Shown here piece after piece: positions 37,300 through 45,663 of a stretch of 55,527 nucleotides of DNA (its first letter is position 1; the number at the start of each line of letters is the position of its first letter). The position numbers were made by a program, and so were the translations under genes. The notes beneath the pieces are model-generated. The model was given only the letters and a program-made list of their open reading frames with translations, was not told the origin of the DNA and ran no database searches. Where the stretch lies: assembly GCA_018818425.1 (NCBI GenBank), contig JAHISB010000043.1, positions 1 to 55,527 on the forward strand, written 5' to 3'. Source of the DNA: Patescibacteria group bacterium. GTDB lineage: Bacteria; Patescibacteriota; Patescibacteriia; UBA1558; UBA10009.

Positions 37300-39297
37300 C
37301 TAATATCCAATTAATTTTAAGAATTCTTTTTCTGAGATTATTTTTACCCCGAGCTTCTTCGCCTTATCAAACTTTGAGCCCGGCTCATCGCCCGCTACAA
37401 CGTAATCGGTTTTCTGGCTGACGGATTCGGAGATCTGCCCGCCTAAGCTTCTGATTTTATCTTTAGCTTCATCTCGGGGCAGTGATTCCAGCGAGCCGGT
37501 TAAAACAAAAGTTTTGCCCGATAATTTGCCTGATTGTACTTTGCTTGATGATACTTGCACTCCAACGTTTTCAAGCTTTTTTAAAAAATTCTGACTTTCG
37601 CGGTCTCTAAAATACTCATAAATACTCTTGGCCACCACGCCGCCAATATCCCTGATTGACTCAAGCTCTTCTAAATCTGCCGACTCCAGTTTAGTTAAAC
37701 TGCCGAACTGATGAGCCAAGGCAATGGCTGTTTCCTCGCCCACATGGCGGATGCCCAGGGCGTTGATAAATTTTGCCAATTCAATTTCTTTGACTGACTG
37801 AATTGATTCAACAAGATTTTTAGCGGACTTCTCGGCAAACCTTTCCAGCGGTTCTAAATCGCCTTCTGTTAATTTAAATAAGTCTGCCGCGTCCGTAACC
37901 AGGCCTTCGTTAATCAGCTGCTCAACGATTTTTGGCCCTAAACCTTCTATATTAAAGCCGGCTTTGGAAACAAAATGATTGATTTTTTCCCTTTCAACGG
38001 CAAAGCAGTTTTTGTTGGAACAGTAATGATTGACTTCGCCTGATGGTTTGATGACATTGCTGTTGCAGATCGGGCACTTGGCCGGCATGTTAAATTTTTT
38101 CTCTTTGCCGGTTCTAAGCTTGGGCAGAACTTTAACGATATCGGGAATAATATCGCCGGCTTTTTGGATAATCACCGTATCGCCGAGACGGACATCCAGG
38201 CGGTTGATTTCATCTTGGTTATGGAGCGTGGCTCTGGAAACGGTTGAGCCGGCCACCCTGACTGGTTTTAAAATTGCTACCGGAGTCAAAGTTCCTACCC
38301 TGCCCACCTGAACCTGAATATCTTCAACAATAGTGGCGGCCTGTTCGGCCGGGAATTTATAAGCGGCCATCCACCTTTCTGCCTTGCCGATATGCCCGAG
38401 CTTTTTTTGAATATTGATGTTGTTGATGACCACGACCACGCCATCTGTCAAATACTCCAATTTTTCTCTGGCTTTTTCCCATTTTTTTAAATAGTTGCCT
38501 ACTGCCGGCAAATCTTTGCAATGCTGATTATGAGGATTGGTTTTAAAACCCAGCTCTTTTAACAGCTGGTGGACCTCTTCGTGGGTTTTTTGGCCGGCAG
38601 CGGTGATAATTTCAAAAGCAAAGCAGTCCAGCTTCCTGGAGGCGGTGATTTGGGGGTCTAGCTGGCGGATGCTGCCCGCAGCCACGTTGCGGGGATTGGC
38701 AAACTTGGGCTGGCCTTTTTTTTCCATTTCTTTATTGATTTTCTCAAAAACTTTCTTGGTCATCACCACCTCTCCCCTGACTTCAAAAACTTTGGGCAAT
38801 TTAATTTTAGAAGATTTTTGAAGTTCAAGCGGAATTGATTCAATAGTTTTTAAATTTTGCGTGACTTCCTCGCCGGTCTGGCCGTCGCCCCGGGTGGCTC
38901 CCCTGATTAAAACGCCGTCTTCATAAGTTAGAACTACTGTTAAGCCGTCCAGTTTAAGCTCGCAGTAATAATCATAGCTATCTTTGGCTATTTTCTGATT
39001 CTTCTCTGCCCATTTCCGCAATTCTTCCAAACTAAAAACATCCTCTAAAGATAAAATTTGCTTTGAGTGCGTTACTTTTTTAAATTTATCTAAGGGCTTA
39101 CCGCCCACCCGCTGGGTCGGCGAACTGGGCGTGATAAATTCCGGGAAGCGCTGTTCCAGTTCGTAAAGCTCGTGCTTTAAGCTGTCCAAAGCCGCGTCGG
39201 AAATTTCCTGCTTATCTAAAACATGATAAAGATAGCGGTGAGTTTCTATTTCTTTCTTTAATTTTTCTATCCTGGTTTTAGCTTCCTGTTTATTCAT
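37300..39297 (-). CDS. ligA: NAD-dependent DNA ligase
   Basis: 665 aa. KLDG adenylation motif, OB fold, Zn finger CPICNSNV ... C, HhH and BRCT domains. Confidence 0.97.
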   Translation of the reverse strand: MNKQEAKTRIEKLKKEIETHRYLYHVLDKQEISDAALDSLKHELYELEQRFPEFITPSSPTQRVGGKPLDKFKKVTHSKQILSLEDVFSLEELRKWAEKNQKIAKDSYDYYCELKLDGLTVVLTYEDGVLIRGATRGDGQTGEEVTQNLKTIESIPLELQKSSKIKLPKVFEVRGEVVMTKKVFEKINKEMEKKGQPKFANPRNVAAGSIRQLDPQITASRKLDCFAFEIITAAGQKTHEEVHQLLKELGFKTNPHNQHCKDLPAVGNYLKKWEKAREKLEYLTDGVVVVINNINIQKKLGHIGKAERWMAAYKFPAEQAATIVEDIQVQVGRVGTLTPVAILKPVRVAGSTVSRATLHNQDEINRLDVRLGDTVIIQKAGDIIPDIVKVLPKLRTGKEKKFNMPAKCPICNSNVIKPSGEVNHYCSNKNCFAVEREKINHFVSKAGFNIEGLGPKIVEQLINEGLVTDAADLFKLTEGDLEPLERFAEKSAKNLVESIQSVKEIELAKFINALGIRHVGEETAIALAHQFGSLTKLESADLEELESIRDIGGVVAKSIYEYFRDRESQNFLKKLENVGVQVSSSKVQSGKLSGKTFVLTGSLESLPRDEAKDKIRSLGGQISESVSQKTDYVVAGDEPGSKFDKAKKLGVKIISEKEFLKLIGY

Positions 39298-39384
39298 AGT
39301 TCTAATAATATTAATTAATTCTCAATTCTTTGTTAATCGTAAATTGTGAGATAAACTCTCAACAAAAAAACAACAAATCTCGGA

Positions 39385-39407
39385 AGCCGACAGCCAGGCT
39401 GTCGGCT
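39385..39407. repeat. REP palindrome copy
   Basis: AGCCGACAGCCAGGCTGTCGGCT, followed by two small hairpins (CCAGCCAGAGGCTGG and TCGGCCTTTGGCCGA). Confidence 0.85.
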
Positions 39408-39465
39408 GCAACGTTTAATCCCCAGCCCTCCCAGCCAGAGGCTGGTCGGCCTTTGGCCGAAATCA

Positions 39466-40314
39466 TCAATACTTAACAATAGGGGCTTCGCTGAACAAAA
39501 CATAGTCGTAAAGTCCGGAAAGCGGCGCCACTTCCGGCATAGTAACCAAAATGGCCTGTTTAGAGGGCTGGGAAGAATCAGCGGGAAAGGCGCCTAGTCC
39601 CTTAATTTTCACTCGTCCGGCTATACCCACGGCACAAAGACCCAAAGGATCGCATCTCTCATCATTTTGAGGGTCAATAGTATCATAAGCAACTATCTCT
39701 AAATAAGTAATTGGAGCATAGCGCGCTGTCATTCTGACGTTATATAAATAGGTGTCCCCGCTTCCTAAATTAATTACATAGCCCAAATCTTCTATTAAAT
39801 TATCCAAGCTTATTTTAATTCCTTGATCCGTCCCTGGGGTTAACTCTCCAGCTATGGTCCAGGGAACCCAGCGCACCTCCAGCCACGAGCCCGCCTCTGC
39901 TGACCAATTAACTATTAAAGACTTAATGGGAGTCTCAAAAGGAGTTAACGAATGAGGAGTATACAAATCCAACTCCAATATCTCGTCCTGGGCTAAAGTT
40001 TTATAAATTACCGGTTCGGTGTCTTGGGCAATTATTTTGTATTCAGCGTTATTGTCCAGCAACACCTCGGTTAAATTAAATGATGAGGGGTGAATATCCC
40101 GCTGTCTTACCTGATACAAGCCTTTTTCCACAGCGCTTTCGGCCGCATAATAAGCCACCATAGCTCTGTCCAGCTGACTGGATTGCTGAATCTCGCTCAT
40201 AATTAAAGTGCCGGTGGCAAAACTGATGGTTATAATTCCGGTCATAACCATCAAGGACAGCAGTAAAACACCTCCTGTGGTTGAAGTTTTAAATTTTGGT
40301 TTGCTGAACTGCAT
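39466..40314 (-). CDS. PilX-like minor pilus component
   Basis: 282 aa. N-terminal hydrophobic helix then SEIQQSSQLDRAMVAYYAAESAVEKGL, resembling the PilX N-domain. Last gene of the minor-pilin block. Confidence 0.55.
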   Translation of the reverse strand: MQFSKPKFKTSTTGGVLLLSLMVMTGIITISFATGTLIMSEIQQSSQLDRAMVAYYAAESAVEKGLYQVRQRDIHPSSFNLTEVLLDNNAEYKIIAQDTEPVIYKTLAQDEILELDLYTPHSLTPFETPIKSLIVNWSAEAGSWLEVRWVPWTIAGELTPGTDQGIKISLDNLIEDLGYVINLGSGDTYLYNVRMTARYAPITYLEIVAYDTIDPQNDERCDPLGLCAVGIAGRVKIKGLGAFPADSSQPSKQAILVTMPEVAPLSGLYDYVLFSEAPIVKY

Positions 40315-40366
40315 TTTAATTTATTTTATACCCCGTTGCTTTTATAATTCCGAAGCGGCGGAGCTT

Positions 40367-40500
40367 AGCATGAGAACATTGGAGCATGGGAGCATGAGAA
40401 CATTGGAGCATGGGAGCATTGGAGCATGGGAGCATTTGATCATATGTTCTAATGCTCTAATGTTCAAGTGTTCCAGTGTTCCCATGCTCCAATGTTCCAT
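40367..40500. repeat. 8-nt GARCAYKR word dyad, locus E
   Basis: Eight forward units (GAACATTG GAGCATGG GAGCATGA ...) meet at GAGCATTTGATC with seven complementary units (TAATGCTC TAATGTTC ... CCATGCTC CAATGTTC). Confidence 0.9.
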
Positions 40501-40511
40501 TGAGTATAATA

Positions 40512-41120
40512 TTATCTACTATACTTTCTGGAAGTTATAGTTGTTTGGAAATGAGTTACTCTTGGCTCTGTCTCGATATTGCCTTCGCTGTGCAAGCTTT
40601 CGGTTTCTAAAATAATGGTTGCCATTGGCTGTTGATTATTGGCATAGCCGCCGTCTGGCTGCCATAAAAAGGGGTTTTCGGCCGGCGTAATATAAAAATC
40701 CAGGCGAATAACATTTAAATCTTCGGGAGTGATATCCAGCCACTGTTCGCCTTCTGTGTCATAAAATTGAATAACAAAACGCTCCGAACCAAGTTCGCTT
40801 TCCGCTCTCCTAAAAATAAGCTGATTATTATCCGGGTCTATAATGGCTAAAATTGCAAGAGGCATATTTCCTAAGGGAGTTTCATAGTAACTATAATCAA
40901 TCTGACCCATTCTCACCTCCCGCGCTATAACTTCTAAAGCATAGCGGGCATCGGAAAGAGCCCGCTGAATGTTGGCCGTTCTTTTTTGGACAGTATTGCT
41001 CTGGACAAAAATGGCCAAAGAATAAGTGGCGGCCACAGTAAAAATCGCCAAAGCCACCACTGTTTCCATAATGGTAAAGCCCCGGCTTTTCTGAATATTA
41101 AATTTTATTTTCTTGAACAT
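40512..41120 (-). CDS. Prepilin-type minor pilin (PilW-like position)
   Basis: Prepilin N-terminus SRGFTIMETVVALAIF. I prefer the ATG at 41120 over the track start at 41186. Confidence 0.7.
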   Translation of the reverse strand: MFKKIKFNIQKSRGFTIMETVVALAIFTVAATYSLAIFVQSNTVQKRTANIQRALSDARYALEVIAREVRMGQIDYSYYETPLGNMPLAILAIIDPDNNQLIFRRAESELGSERFVIQFYDTEGEQWLDITPEDLNVIRLDFYITPAENPFLWQPDGGYANNQQPMATIILETESLHSEGNIETEPRVTHFQTTITSRKYSR

Positions 41121-41176
41121 GAATAATATATTATTGAACCACGATTTACGAATGACGAATAACGAGTTACAAACCC

Positions 41177-41803
41177 TTATTTCCAATCATAAATTCTGTC
41201 AATCACTTTTAAATCGTGGTCTTGGTTATTATCATGCCAGGTTACTTGAGAAGTTAACTGCCAGCCAATTAAGCCCAAGCCAAAACTCTGACAATGCTCG
41301 CTGTTATCTAAAACCGCTTCTTCTTCAGACAATTCGCTCCAGCAAATTTCCTGAATGGTAATTAACCTTTTAAAACTGGTGAGCTCGCCGCCGTCATCGT
41401 GAGAAAAAACGCCGTTATCGGCATTATAATAAAGCTGGCATTCTGAACAGTCGGCAATATCATCGGTCTGGTCTGCGGTTGACCAACTGTTATCAGTAGG
41501 ATTAAAATTAACGGTCAGGCGATAGTTATATTGAGGATCTTCTAAAATTCCTGCATCCCAATCCTCACCGGCCAGCCAGTTGCTGTCGCGCATCTGCCTG
41601 ATAACTTCCAGGCCTTCCCTGGCAAAATTAGCGGCCATTAATCTGCCTTCGCCGGCTACCGAAACATTTAAATTAAAAGTGGTTAAAGTCAAGCCGCTGA
41701 TAATGCCTGTTACCAAAATGCCTAAAGCGACAATAACTTCCATAAAAGTCATGCCTTCCTGGGCAAGCAAATTTTTAGACGATAATAACTTTTTAAAAAT
41801 CAT
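41177..41803 (-). CDS. Prepilin-type minor pilin (PilV-like position)
   Basis: QEGMTFMEVIVALGILVTG N-terminal methylation-type motif. Confidence 0.7.
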   Translation of the reverse strand: MIFKKLLSSKNLLAQEGMTFMEVIVALGILVTGIISGLTLTTFNLNVSVAGEGRLMAANFAREGLEVIRQMRDSNWLAGEDWDAGILEDPQYNYRLTVNFNPTDNSWSTADQTDDIADCSECQLYYNADNGVFSHDDGGELTSFKRLITIQEICWSELSEEEAVLDNSEHCQSFGLGLIGWQLTSQVTWHDNNQDHDLKVIDRIYDWK

Positions 41804-41830
41804 TATTGATAATCGGTTAAATCAGCAAGT

Positions 41831-42553
41831 TTATTTGCCTTTTGGTTTTTTGGGCTTTTTAAAGCCGTCGCCGCCCAGCATATTGCCCAATGCCTGGCCG
41901 CCTTCCAAAACTTCGGCGGTAATGCGGCCGGTTATGCGGTTAACATTAACTACGCCCATCTTGCCCGGCACATTAGATCTAAACAAGGTAATGTTGGACT
42001 CAGTAGCATGCTCCTCCTCGCCCTCAACATAATTAATATAAATCATTGGTTTAGGCGGTTTAAAAACAACGGCTAAATCATCAATCTCCTCTGAACCGGC
42101 CTCTACACCTATTAAATAAATATCTTCTGGCAGCTCCACGGTTTGGATAATGTCGTCTTCCAGGCCATAATTTTTATCACCATTGTCGTCAATAAAAATT
42201 ACATATTCCCAAGCAGGCGTAGTCGCATCAAAATAAACGCCATAAGCAATGCTGGACATATCCTGGTCGCTGACTCCGGCCAGAGCCATGGTCTGCGCTT
42301 TTCTGATGTCGCTGGCCACCTGCTCAATGGCCACTCTGAATTCTTCTATGTGCCGGCTTTCCCTTAGCCCCTGGTAGGAAAAAATAAACACCATCATAAA
42401 AATGCTGACCACCACTATAAGCTCGACAAGGGTAAACCCCGCACCAGAAATTGGTGCGCGGGTAAAGCCGGCTGTTTTTTTGAATCTAGCGAAAATTGAG
42501 ATTAACCTAGGGCCGATTTTTTTATCATCAGCCGCTTTTTTTTCTTTAACCAT
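41831..42553 (-). CDS. Prepilin-type protein (FimT/GspH-like position) with long leader
   Basis: GAGFTLVELIVVVSIF preceded by a 38-aa leader containing GFTRAP. Overlaps pilD by 8 nt. Confidence 0.7.
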   Translation of the reverse strand: MVKEKKAADDKKIGPRLISIFARFKKTAGFTRAPISGAGFTLVELIVVVSIFMMVFIFSYQGLRESRHIEEFRVAIEQVASDIRKAQTMALAGVSDQDMSSIAYGVYFDATTPAWEYVIFIDDNGDKNYGLEDDIIQTVELPEDIYLIGVEAGSEEIDDLAVVFKPPKPMIYINYVEGEEEHATESNITLFRSNVPGKMGVVNVNRITGRITAEVLEGGQALGNMLGGDGFKKPKKPKGK

Positions 42554-43313
42554 ATAAAAAACTCCTTGAATACCACTCTAAAATTTGTTGACCAAATAAT
42601 AGAGTGATTAATGTGGCGGCCGATAAAAAAGTGCCGAAAGGAATTTGGCTATGCCATTCTTTTTTTTTGGCCATAATCAAAACCAGGCCGATAATCGAGC
42701 CGCTTATGTAAGCTAAAAATAAAGCAATTAAAGCCTGGGGCCAGCCCAGCATGGCTCCCATAACCAAGCCCAGCCGGACATCGCCCCCGCCGATCCATTT
42801 GCCCTTGGAAAGTACCAGCTGAAAAAAGAAAAAACCCGCCACCAAGATGCTGGCCAGCAATAAGTTGAATAAGGGGTGGCCCAAAAGCAAATTTATCAGC
42901 AAAGCTATAAAAAAGGCGGGCAAGCTGACTTTGTCAACAATCAAGTAGTGCTTTAAGTCGTAAACAAAAATAATAATTAAAAAACAGCTGAAGACCAAAA
43001 AAACTAAAAACTGAAAATTCAAGACTGGAAATTCGTTTTGATACTTTAAATAGCCGAGAATGAATATTAAAGCGGTGGCAAGTTCCACCAAAGGATACTG
43101 CCAGGAAATTTTTTTATGGCAGTAACGGCACTTGGCTCTTAAAAAAATAAAGCTTAAAACAGGAACTAAATCTTTAACCGCTAAAAGATGCCGGCAATGG
43201 GGGCATTTGGACCGTTCGCTGACAATGTTCTCGCCGGATTTTAAACGATAAATAACGGCATTCAAAAAACTGCCGATAATTAAGCCGAAAATAAATAAAA
43301 AAAATAGTATCAT
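42546..43313 (-). CDS. pilD: Prepilin peptidase (A24 family)
   Basis: 255 aa. N-terminal CPHC ... CRYC zinc motif and polytopic A24 domain with the GGGDV aspartate motif. Confidence 0.9.
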   Translation of the reverse strand: MILFFLFIFGLIIGSFLNAVIYRLKSGENIVSERSKCPHCRHLLAVKDLVPVLSFIFLRAKCRYCHKKISWQYPLVELATALIFILGYLKYQNEFPVLNFQFLVFLVFSCFLIIIFVYDLKHYLIVDKVSLPAFFIALLINLLLGHPLFNLLLASILVAGFFFFQLVLSKGKWIGGGDVRLGLVMGAMLGWPQALIALFLAYISGSIIGLVLIMAKKKEWHSQIPFGTFLSAATLITLLFGQQILEWYSRSFLYG

Positions 43314-43355
43314 TGCTTAAATTATACCATTTTTAACCTTTAAAAATCAACAAAA

Positions 43356-43949
43356 TTACTGATCCTTTAAATAACCCAGGCAGATAACACTGCCCCGCTT
43401 AGTCTGTATTCTGCCTGTACCGGCATTATCGCTGCAGTTTAAAGAGCCGATATTGCCGCCGGATGATATACAATCAAGACTGGGGGCATAATTATGAACG
43501 CCATCAATATCGCCGTCTGTATTCCTTTCTTTTTCTAAAACAACAGCCACTAAAAAATTTTCATCTGAATCTTCTAAAAGACCGCCCTGGCCCTCATTAC
43601 TGCTGCAAACAACATAAAAATAACCATCATCATCCTTAGGATCTTTTGGCAAGCCCACAGCTCCCGTGTAAATACTTAGTTCTGCTTCTAATGCCTGCCA
43701 AGTGGGCGTGCTGGCATGAATATTAGGAACATAACCATTGTCTTCCACATAAAGTTCTAAAACATCATTTAATAACTGCGCATCATATATTCTTTTAGCA
43801 TCTCTGGATTTTCTTCTGGAGTCGCCGATATAAACAACGGATATAGCAACAATAATGCCGATAATAGAAATAGTTATCATCAGCTCAATTAAAGTAAACC
43901 CCGCACGGGTAAAGCTCTGCCTTTTTCGGCATTTCTTTCTATTAAACAT
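43356..43949 (-). CDS. Type IV pilin
   Basis: [25 protein letters not shown]-terminus and C-terminal Cys residues. Confidence 0.75.
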   Translation of the reverse strand: MFNRKKCRKRQSFTRAGFTLIELMITISIIGIIVAISVVYIGDSRRKSRDAKRIYDAQLLNDVLELYVEDNGYVPNIHASTPTWQALEAELSIYTGAVGLPKDPKDDDGYFYVVCSSNEGQGGLLEDSDENFLVAVVLEKERNTDGDIDGVHNYAPSLDCISSGGNIGSLNCSDNAGTGRIQTKRGSVICLGYLKDQ

Positions 43950-44000
43950 AAGTTAAATATGGATCATGCCAGTTCAATTTAGAGGGGTCAGACAAATTTA

Positions 44001-44160
44001 TTCACGGATAAATCACCGATAATTCACCGATCTATCACTGATGAATCACGGATGAATCACTGATTGATAATATAACATCTCCGTGATTCATCCGTGGATA
44101 TCCGTGATAGATCCGTGCATCTCCCCGCCAAAGGCGGGCAAGCGTGATTTATCCGTGAGC
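44001..44160. repeat. ATCACGGAT/ATCACCGAT word dyad plus small GC hairpins
   Basis: TTCACGGATAAATCACCGATAATTCACCGATCTATCACTGATGAATCACGGATGAATCACTGAT faces ATCTCCGTGATTCATCCGTGGATATCCGTGATAGATCCGTG. CCCGCCAAAGGCGGG follows. Confidence 0.7.
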
Positions 44161-44263
44161 AATCCCCGGCCAGCTTTGCTAGCGGGGCTGGCAGCGCGTC
44201 ATCTGTCAATAGACTTCAAGTTTATTGAGAAGTGAACTCTCCGTGACCATCAAGCTGCTAGAT

Positions 44264-44881
44264 TTATTGCTCCTGATAAATACAGTAATGGGGGTCGGCG
44301 CAACTCCCAAAAACACCACCGTCTAAAATAAAAAGTTCATTATAATCCAAATAATCACTATTGCCGTTAACGCCAACATTATTGTATGTATTTGTATTGT
44401 CTCTAATTGTTGATCTGAGATCGTCATTATCATTATCAAGCGCGGAATTGTCCCCGTCTTCTAAAACAGCTCCTAAATAGAAACGGCGCGGATTGACCAT
44501 ATTTCTCCAGCCATAAAAATAAATATCGCCGTCTTCCAAATTAGGCGGGAAGGGCAGTTCGTTTAAATAAGGAGCTAAAAGCAATTGCAGATCAGCCCAA
44601 TCAGCTGGCGCAGGATATTGAGAATTTGAATCTTCGCTGGCATAAAGCTCTATGGCTTTGCGCATAATGTCTAAATCGCTGATCCGGCGGGCGTCTCTGG
44701 CCCTGGTTCTGGCGTTAGTTAAGCTGGCCACCACCAAAGTGGATAATAAGCCAATAACGGCAATCACCACTAAAAGTTCAACTATGGTAAAACCCGCACC
44801 TTGAGCGAAACCGAAAGGTGCGCGAGTAAAACCCAGCTGTTGCTTTAAACGCTTTTCCCCGCTTCTAATTTTCTCCCTCAT
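44264..44881 (-). CDS. Type IV pilin with long duplicated-motif leader
   Basis: [30 protein letters not shown]. Confidence 0.8.
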   Translation of the reverse strand: MREKIRSGEKRLKQQLGFTRAPFGFAQGAGFTIVELLVVIAVIGLLSTLVVASLTNARTRARDARRISDLDIMRKAIELYASEDSNSQYPAPADWADLQLLLAPYLNELPFPPNLEDGDIYFYGWRNMVNPRRFYLGAVLEDGDNSALDNDNDDLRSTIRDNTNTYNNVGVNGNSDYLDYNELFILDGGVFGSCADPHYCIYQEQ

Positions 44882-44899
44882 ATTGTTAAAATTACTTAA

Positions 44900-45454
44900 T
44901 TATGCTCCATCAGCATCACAAACGCCAATCTGGCCGCCGCTTTCTATAGCATAAACACCGCTGGCCATAAAACTGCCAACGCCAACCTCTAAATAAAAGC
45001 AAATTTCGTAATCTGCCACCGTAGCGCCGCCTTCGCCTATGGCGTTGCTGATAGAATAATCGCAGGTGAAATCCAGGCCTCCGGTACAGGGCCAGGAATC
45101 ACCGGTATGGCTGGGGTCCTGAAAATAAGAAAACTGCTCTACCAGGCCCGGTCCGCCGCAACTGGTAGTCTTGGTCGCTTCGGCAGTGCAACCCTCTAAA
45201 GGGGCCGGAAAAGTTCCTTCGGTAGCTTCCATTTCTAAGATAGTGGAAAGCTGTTTAACATCAGAAAGACGACGGGCATCTCTGGCTTTGGCTCTGGCGC
45301 TGTTTAAATTAACCATAGCCAGCGAAGAAAGCAGACCGATAATGGCAATCACCACCAAAAGTTCAATAAGAGTAAACCCAGCGCCTTGAGCAAAGCCGAA
45401 AGGTGCTTGGGTAAATCCCGCTCTTTTTTTAAAAATGGGCTTAGCTTTCCTCAT
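44900..45454 (-). CDS. Type IV pilin with long duplicated-motif leader (paralog of 52216..52713)
   Basis: [30 protein letters not shown]. The C-terminal DYEICFYLE motif is shared with the 52216 pilin. Confidence 0.8.
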   Translation of the reverse strand: MRKAKPIFKKRAGFTQAPFGFAQGAGFTLIELLVVIAIIGLLSSLAMVNLNSARAKARDARRLSDVKQLSTILEMEATEGTFPAPLEGCTAEATKTTSCGGPGLVEQFSYFQDPSHTGDSWPCTGGLDFTCDYSISNAIGEGGATVADYEICFYLEVGVGSFMASGVYAIESGGQIGVCDADGA

Positions 45455-45663
45455 TTATCTATATTATAATAAATCAAAAAATTATTTCTTATAGAGTTAT
45501 TAACAAGTTTTTATATTATACCATTTTTTTAAGGTTTTTACAATTTTTTTCTCAATATAAACAATGGAGTTAAAATTAAATTTGTGTTAAAATTAAACCA
45601 ATATTATAAGTTATCAACGGACCGCTTCGCCGCAGCATGCAATAAATATTTAAATCAAAGTCA

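Noticed and set aside
13273-40500. Possibility that the repeat loci are CRISPR arrays
   Set aside because: The units are 8 nt, directly abutting with no unique spacers, and the arms are mutually complementary. No cas genes are in the window.
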